The notes under the pieces were generated by a model, which was given only the letters and a program-made list of their open reading frames with translations, had not been told where the DNA came from and ran no database searches. From the NCBI GenBank assembly GCA_951406725.2, contig OX597836.1, forward strand, positions 14,322,001 through 14,386,000: a stretch of 64,000 nt of DNA. Direction: 5' to 3'. This document shows positions 58,120 to 64,000 of this stretch, piece by piece (the first letter of the stretch is position 1; each line of letters begins with the position of its first letter). Source of the DNA: Octopus vulgaris (taxonomy: Eukaryota). The translations under genes and the position numbers were made by a program.

Positions 58120-58400
58120 TTCGAGAGAGGAGGAACTGGGAGTTGAACCGACTCATATATAATGTATGTATGATGCATTTCATTAATTCTTGGGAGTGTT
58201 TAGGTGCCAAGTGCACAGCACCCAAACATCTACGTAAGAAGCTCAAGGATATCAGAACTGAGACTCGCATTGTTGATCTGCAGAAAATTGCAATCCAGTT
58301 ACCGTAAGATTCCTAAGAAAGACTTGAGATTTTGAGTAAATTTTTTTGTCACCAAATCTCAAGGCAACATCCCCGCGCACTATCATAGGATGTAATAGTT
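58120..58400 (+). mobile_element. Old R4/Dong-like RLE retrotransposon 3' end followed by (TAA)n
   Basis: TAPKHLRKKLKDIRTETRIVDLQKIAI...RFLRKT resembles the C-terminus at 12429-12540. Confidence 0.5.
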
Positions 58401-58415
58401 TTAATAATGATGATG

Positions 58416-58467
<52 letters not shown>

Positions 58468-58676
58468 TAATGATAATAATGATAATAATAATAATAATAG
58501 AGTCAAAATTAAAAGAAGAGTGCCATTGTTATCTAGTGAACGATACTTCGACATCTTGTGTGTCTTTAACTGGTTCTAAAAATAATTTTGTCAATCTACT
58601 TCATTTTGGTTTATATATAAAGGATTGAGATGACTCCTCCAGAAGGTATAGAGTTACCTCAATCCGTTATATATTG

Positions 58677-58811
<135 letters not shown>

Positions 58812-59406
58812 GTTTCAAATTTTGCCACAAATGCAGTAATTTTTAAGGGAAGGGATGAATCGATTACTGGTATTTATGAGTCGATTACAGGGTTCAACGG
58901 GTATTTATTTTATCGACCCCGAAAGATTGAAAGACAAAGTCGACCTTGGCGGAATTTGAACACAGAGCGTAAAGACGGACGAAATACCGCTAAGCATTTC
59001 GGCCGGCATGCTAACGATTCAGCCAGCTGTTTATCTTGATATGAGATGACCATGTCCCGCATATATGGTTGTGATGCATATACCTGGTGTACCCTTATCA
59101 GACGGGTAGTCATGATGGGTATACTGGACTTCGTATATTTTACCCCAGTATCACTTTGATGGCATGCACTTCTCTCTCACTCAATGATAATAATAGTAAT
59201 TTCCTTTTTCCTTCGTTTAGTTTTTTCCTTTTTTATTATTTTTCTTTCCTTTTTCTTTCTTTCTTCCCCTTTTTTCTACCACATGACTTTGTAACTGAAC
59301 AATCTGGTGTGTTTATTTAAATTGCTTACCAATGTATACAGTGAGTTTCTTTGCCCTAGGTGTCGGGAAGACACTCGGCAAGAGATGGAAACAAAATTGA
59401 AAGAGG

Positions 59407-59483
<77 letters not shown>

Positions 59484-59649
59484 CTTTGTAATGTTGTCAC
59501 AAGATCAGCAATTTTGAAGGGAAAGGGATAACTACTTAAATTGACCCCGGTGCTCAACTAGTATTCATATTATTGAAATCAAAGTTGACCTCGGCGGTAT
59601 TTGAGTTTAGAACGTAATGAGTCGAAATAAGGGAAAAAATATCACTAGC

Positions 59650-59940
59650 CTCTGGAATTTAGCAGTCAACATCTACAGAACGATCCAGGATAATCGACCA
59701 GACATAGTCATTAAAGACAGAGAAAATACTTGTAGAGTAATAGATGAAAGTGATAAAAATATATTTCTAAAGGAATTTGACAAATTAAGTAAATATAAGG
59801 ACCTGGAAATTGAAATACATAAGATGTGGCATCTTAAAGCGAGAACTGTTTCTGTTATTATGGGTTCCCCAGGCATGATAAAAAATGGATGTCAGAAACA
59901 TCTAGATAATATCCCAGGTGATATTATCCCCAAAACTGTT
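59650..59940 (+). mobile_element. R4/Dong-like RLE endonuclease fragment
   Basis: RTIQDNRPDIVIKDRENTCRVID...KEFDKLSKYKDLEIEIHKMWHLKARTVSVIMGSPGMIK (PD..D/E and K..KY motifs). Confidence 0.8.
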
Positions 59941-60138
59941 CTGCTGGGGGTGGGGCAGTTGGGATTTTGAGATTGGTACTTGGATGTTGAATGTCTTCCA
60001 AGATAATTAACAACCAAATACCAAATATCAAAGCTTATAATGTGCGGAAAGAGACCCTGTGAGACCTCTGACAACTGACTGCTGGCTGCTCTCACAGAAT
60101 CAACCAGAGCAAGCAAGACCGAACGCACTAAGAAGTAA

Positions 60139-60223
<85 letters not shown>

Positions 60224-60225
<2 letters not shown>

Positions 60226-60569
60226 CTCTGATCAGGAGCATAAGTAGTGGAGGAGCATCATAGCCGTGTGTTGAAAGGAATTTTTGGAGGTTTGGATAAT
60301 TCACCTTTGGAAACATGGGTGTTTCGTTCAACATCCTTAAACAATCCTCATTCAGGGACCTTATGAGCGGGATGGGCTACTCGACCAGAAGAAAATTCTA
60401 CCTGGGCCCCATCTGCAAGGTCATGTGCTATTTATCTTGATATGAGATCACCATGTTGTGATGCATGTGCCTGGTGTACCCTTATCAGACGTGTAGTCAT
60501 GATGGGTATAATGGGCCTCGTATATTTTACCCCAGTGTCTCTTTGATGGCATGCGCTGCTCTCTCACTC

Positions 60570-60619
<50 letters not shown>

Positions 60620-60798
60620 TAATAATAATAATAATGCTGTTTCTCTTGATATGAGGTCACCATGTCGAGCACATATGGTTGTGATGCATGTGCCTAGTGT
60701 ACCCGTATCAGACGGGTAGTCATGATGGGTATACTGGGCTTCGTATATTTTTACCCCAGGGTCACTTTGATGGTATGCACTGCTCTCTCACCCAATAA

Positions 60799-60800
<2 letters not shown>
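60224..60800 (+). mobile_element. Tandem 5'-truncated copies of a (TAA)n-associated retroelement 3' end
   Basis: Unit tcttgatatgagatcaccatg...ggcatgcactgctctctcactcaataat at about 60435-60575 and 60640-60800, and at 59030-59190, each ending in TAA repeats. Confidence 0.75.
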
Positions 60801-60858
<58 letters not shown>

Positions 60859-61070
60859 TTACCAATGTTAGAAAATAATGATACAAGAAAACAAGAAAAT
60901 GAAAGGAAAAAGATAGTAACAACAAAAATGTAGAGAGAAAATAAAAAAGAACGAAAACAATATATGGGCAAAAAGCTGTTTAAAATGTTATTTGTCCACA
61001 ATGATAATAATATATTTAGTTAACAATGCTTTTGAACTGTTTATATGTTAGAAATGTTCAATGACCGAAT

Positions 61071-62047
61071 TCAGTCGCCATCTTTAGTGCTACTAATTGC
61101 GGATGTGTTACGTCCATTTCCGCTTCCGCTGTCCCACTCGTCTCGAGTTTGATCACAGTCCGTCGGTGTGGACTTGTCGCTACTGTTTTTTTCTGGTATC
61201 TTCGAAGAGAACTGAGCGCTCTCCATGGTTATAGTACGATAGGGGTGCAAAGAGAATGGCGTGGCTAATATTCCGGGTATCGACGTTGGAATGGCACTTA
61301 GGCTTTGGTAAGCCAGCTGCGAGGGAGCGCTGAGAAGATCGGCAGCCGAGCGCGCCTGATGGTGAGGTATGAAGGGGTTGCGGAAAACGTCGGGCGTGAA
61401 AGCCGAAATGTGGGGCGTAAAGGCCGAGTGGAGCCCGTTAAAGGCCGTGAGTGGGGACAGAGGTGTGAAGGCCGACTTGACACTCCCGAAAGTTAACTTC
61501 TGGCGGTCGACAGGCCGGAAGGACGAGCTGTTGATGTAAGGGTGCTGATGTATAGACGCTTGGTGCTGTTGCGTGTGGTGGTGATGATGATGATGATGGT
61601 GTTGTTGTTGGCTGTGGTTCACGTCGTGTCGGTCGCGTCGGTGGTGCTGGTGGTGTTGGTGCTGCTGTTGTTGTTGCTGTTGTTGCTGCTGATGCTGATG
61701 CTGAGCGACCAGGGTGTCTTGTGCAGACAGGAAATGTTCTATGGCCTTTACAAGATCTCCATTGCAACCTTGCAACACCAATTCTAAAACGGATTTACGC
61801 TGAAGAGGAAACACTCTTTCGAGGATTTCCAGGTTTGTTAAGCGACCCGGCCTGAATGCTGTCGGCATTGCGTACGACTGTCTCACGTGATCACTGTTCG
61901 ACGAACCTATGGACAATTTGTTGGCAGATAATTTCGATCTGTTCGTTAATTCGGCAGCCATTTTGTGTGCAGTGGTAGTTGTTGCCGCTGAAGAAAAGGC
62001 TTCTTGGCTGTGATCACTGGAGCTGTCTACCTCTGATCCGCGAAGAT
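61071..62047 (-). CDS. DMRTA2: Terminal coding exon of a doublesex/mab-3-related transcription factor, DMRTA class (Dmrt4/5, dmrt99B-like), with DMA domain
   Basis: LEILERVFPLQRKSVLELVLQGCNGDLVKAIEHFLSAQD is a DMA domain, followed by a poly-Q/H tract and repeated SAFTP motifs. Clear acceptor ttttgttttgtttaatttcag|ATCTTCGC (phase 1) at 62047; stop TGA at 61071-61073. The DM domain exon is not in the window, so exact orthology is inferred. Confidence 0.88.
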
Positions 62048-62285
62048 CTGAAATTAAACAAAACAAAACAAATGAAGAAATAAATTAGAAAATAAAGAGA
62101 AGAATGCAAAAATAGAATTCAAATAAAAAAACAAAACAAAGAACAACAATAAACTCATAGAAGCAAGTAAAGACGTTGTTCAGTGATTCTAGGATGCCGG
62201 TTTGTGAAGATGGTAACGTTTGATACGAATGAGATTTGATAGCGGTTTCTAGTAGACTGACCTACCACAAAGAGGTGATAAGTTA

Positions 62286-62474
62286 TGGGGACGCGAACAC
62301 ACCACCATACATACGACGGGTTTCTTTCAGTTTCCATCTACTAAATCCACTCACAAGGCTTTGGTCGGCCCGAGGCTATAGTAGAAAACACTTGCCCAAG
62401 GTGCCACGCAGTGGGACTGAAGTCGGAACCATGTGGTTGGGAAGCAAACTAATTACCACACAGCCATTCCTGCG

Positions 62475-62477
<3 letters not shown>
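62286..62477 (-). mobile_element. SINE family A (intronic), partial
   Basis: Matches the family head and body. Confidence 0.85.
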
Positions 62478-62524
<47 letters not shown>

Positions 62525-62657
62525 GGGGAGGAGCTTCAGTCGAGGATTGAAACTGCCATTGCTTCTCCGGTTGTAGTGTAGCAGTTATTGTTTGCAGTGC
62601 AACACTCTAGCTAACAAAAATGATTTAATCCAATATACACACGCGTTTCACACACAC

Positions 62658-62753
<96 letters not shown>

Positions 62754-62942
62754 CCAAATGCACACAAACCACAAACACGATACCTTTCCCGATACGTGAT
62801 GGAACATGTATTCCATTCATTTCTGAAATCCTTTCCGTGTTCACACATAAACATAACACCATCCCTCACACTTTCACACACACTTTCGTCCTTTTCCCTC
62901 ATCACCCCTTCTGTACAATCCTCCCCCACTTATATATATATA

Positions 62943-63342
62943 CTAGCAGTATCGCCCGGCGTTGCTCGGGTTTGTAAAGGAAATAACTATATAAGCATTT
63001 TTAGAGAGTTATAGCAAAAAAAATAGCAAAAAATGCATTAAAAATGGAATAAAAAATGATGGTCATTTTTTTTTTTAATCGTTGACTCATCGTAGACATT
63101 TTTCGAGAGTTACTTCCCTTATATAATAGCGAAAAAATGCATTAAAATGGAAAAATGATGGTAATTTTTTTTTAAATCGTAGACTCATTGTAGACGCGCG
63201 CTAATACCCAGAAGGGCTCGATATGAATCACGACTATAAGATACCCGGTTTTGGTTAAACTGCACCGCAAAATGTGGGAGTAGTTAGGAATCTAAATCGT
63301 AGGAGACAGACACTCACACAACTTCACTTTTATATATATAGA
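62943..63342 (-). mobile_element. Non-autonomous Helitron-like element (intronic)
   Basis: ctagcagtatcgcccggcgttgctcggg terminus; relative of 53731-54116. Confidence 0.75.
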
Positions 63343-63369
63343 TATATATAGATATATGTGTGTGTGTGT

Positions 63370-63620
63370 GGAGGCGCGTGGGTTAGTGGTTAGGGTGTCA
63401 GCATCACGATCGTAAGAGTGTAGTTTCGATTCCTGGACCGGGCGACGCGTTGTGTTCTTGAGCAAAACATTTCATTCCACGTTGCTCCAGTCCACTCAGC
63501 TGGCAAAAATGAGTAACACTGCGATGGACTGGTGTCCCTTCCAGCTGGGGAACACATACACCATAGAAACCGGGAAACCGGGCCCATGAGCCTCGCTAGG
63601 CTTCAAAAGAGCGACGTTTA
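63370..63620 (+). mobile_element. tRNA-derived SINE sharing its tail with 13347-13628
   Basis: GGAGGCGCGTGGGTTAGTGGTTAGG..GTTTCGATTCC head; gagtaacactgcgatggactgg...aaaccgggaaaccgggcccat tail. Confidence 0.8.
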
Positions 63621-63623
63621 TCG

Positions 63624-63661
<38 letters not shown>

Positions 63662-63667
<6 letters not shown>

Positions 63668-63888
63668 TGTACATTTAAACACATATGAGGTAGCCATCAT
63701 AGGATTCCTTTCAAGCTAGAAAGAACAACTAAAGTCCAAACCACTATTATGGATAAAAACTCGAAACTAATTTTTCTACATCCCTTCGGGTTTTTATCCC
63801 TAATAGTGGTTTGGACTTTAGCTGTTCCTTCTAGCGTCAAAAGAATCCTGTGACGGATACCTCTTATGTGTTTAAATATACACTGTAT
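63662..63888. mobile_element. Foldback element with ~104-bp arms and a ~20-nt loop
   Basis: atacagtgtacatttaaacacat...aaagtccaaaccactatta.ggataaaaac.cgaa mirrored by ttcgggtttttatccctaatagtggtttggacttt...atgtgtttaaatatacactgtat. Confidence 0.85.
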
Positions 63889-64000
63889 TTATTTTGAATA
63901 ATATATAGTTTATTGATTTATTTTTCTACACGCTAAGCCACAGGTAGTAAAAATTTCTAAAACGTAAGCGAGTAAAACTAATGAAAAGAAACACAATATA

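Noticed and set aside
62048-62066. ORF-track start MFCLIS of the 331-aa ORF
   Set aside because: It lies in the intron polypyrimidine tract; the exon begins after the AG acceptor at 62047.

Overview
Eukaryotic genomic DNA, very rich in microsatellites (TA, CA, TATG, CTAT, AAT/GAT, CAC). The microsatellite load and the SINE families point to an octopus (coleoid cephalopod) genome; this is an inference. The only host coding sequence I can support is the terminal coding exon of a DMRTA-class (Dmrt4/5, dmrt99B-like) transcription factor on the minus strand at 61071-62047. It carries the DMA domain, and its DM-domain exon must lie beyond the window end. The other ~61 kb is a gene-poor downstream region filled with mobile DNA. 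This includes a young 5'-truncated Naiad-type Penelope-like element (RT C-terminus plus GIY-YIG) with a 508-bp inverted pLTR, two older Penelope fragments, fragments of CR1, RTE, HERO and R4/Dong-type LINEs, a decayed mariner, MITEs, five non-autonomous Helitron-like elements and many tRNA-derived SINEs. The most striking pattern is a set of minimal hammerhead-ribozyme motifs from several unrelated families. Several sit in short tail-out inverted (foldback) units that copy the architecture of the coding Penelope element. One is a tRNA-headed, hammerhead-carrying SINE-like unit with a 15-bp target-site duplication (41744-42070). Almost all ORFs in the supplied track are microsatellite artefacts. 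All comparisons were made by eye; no searches were run.
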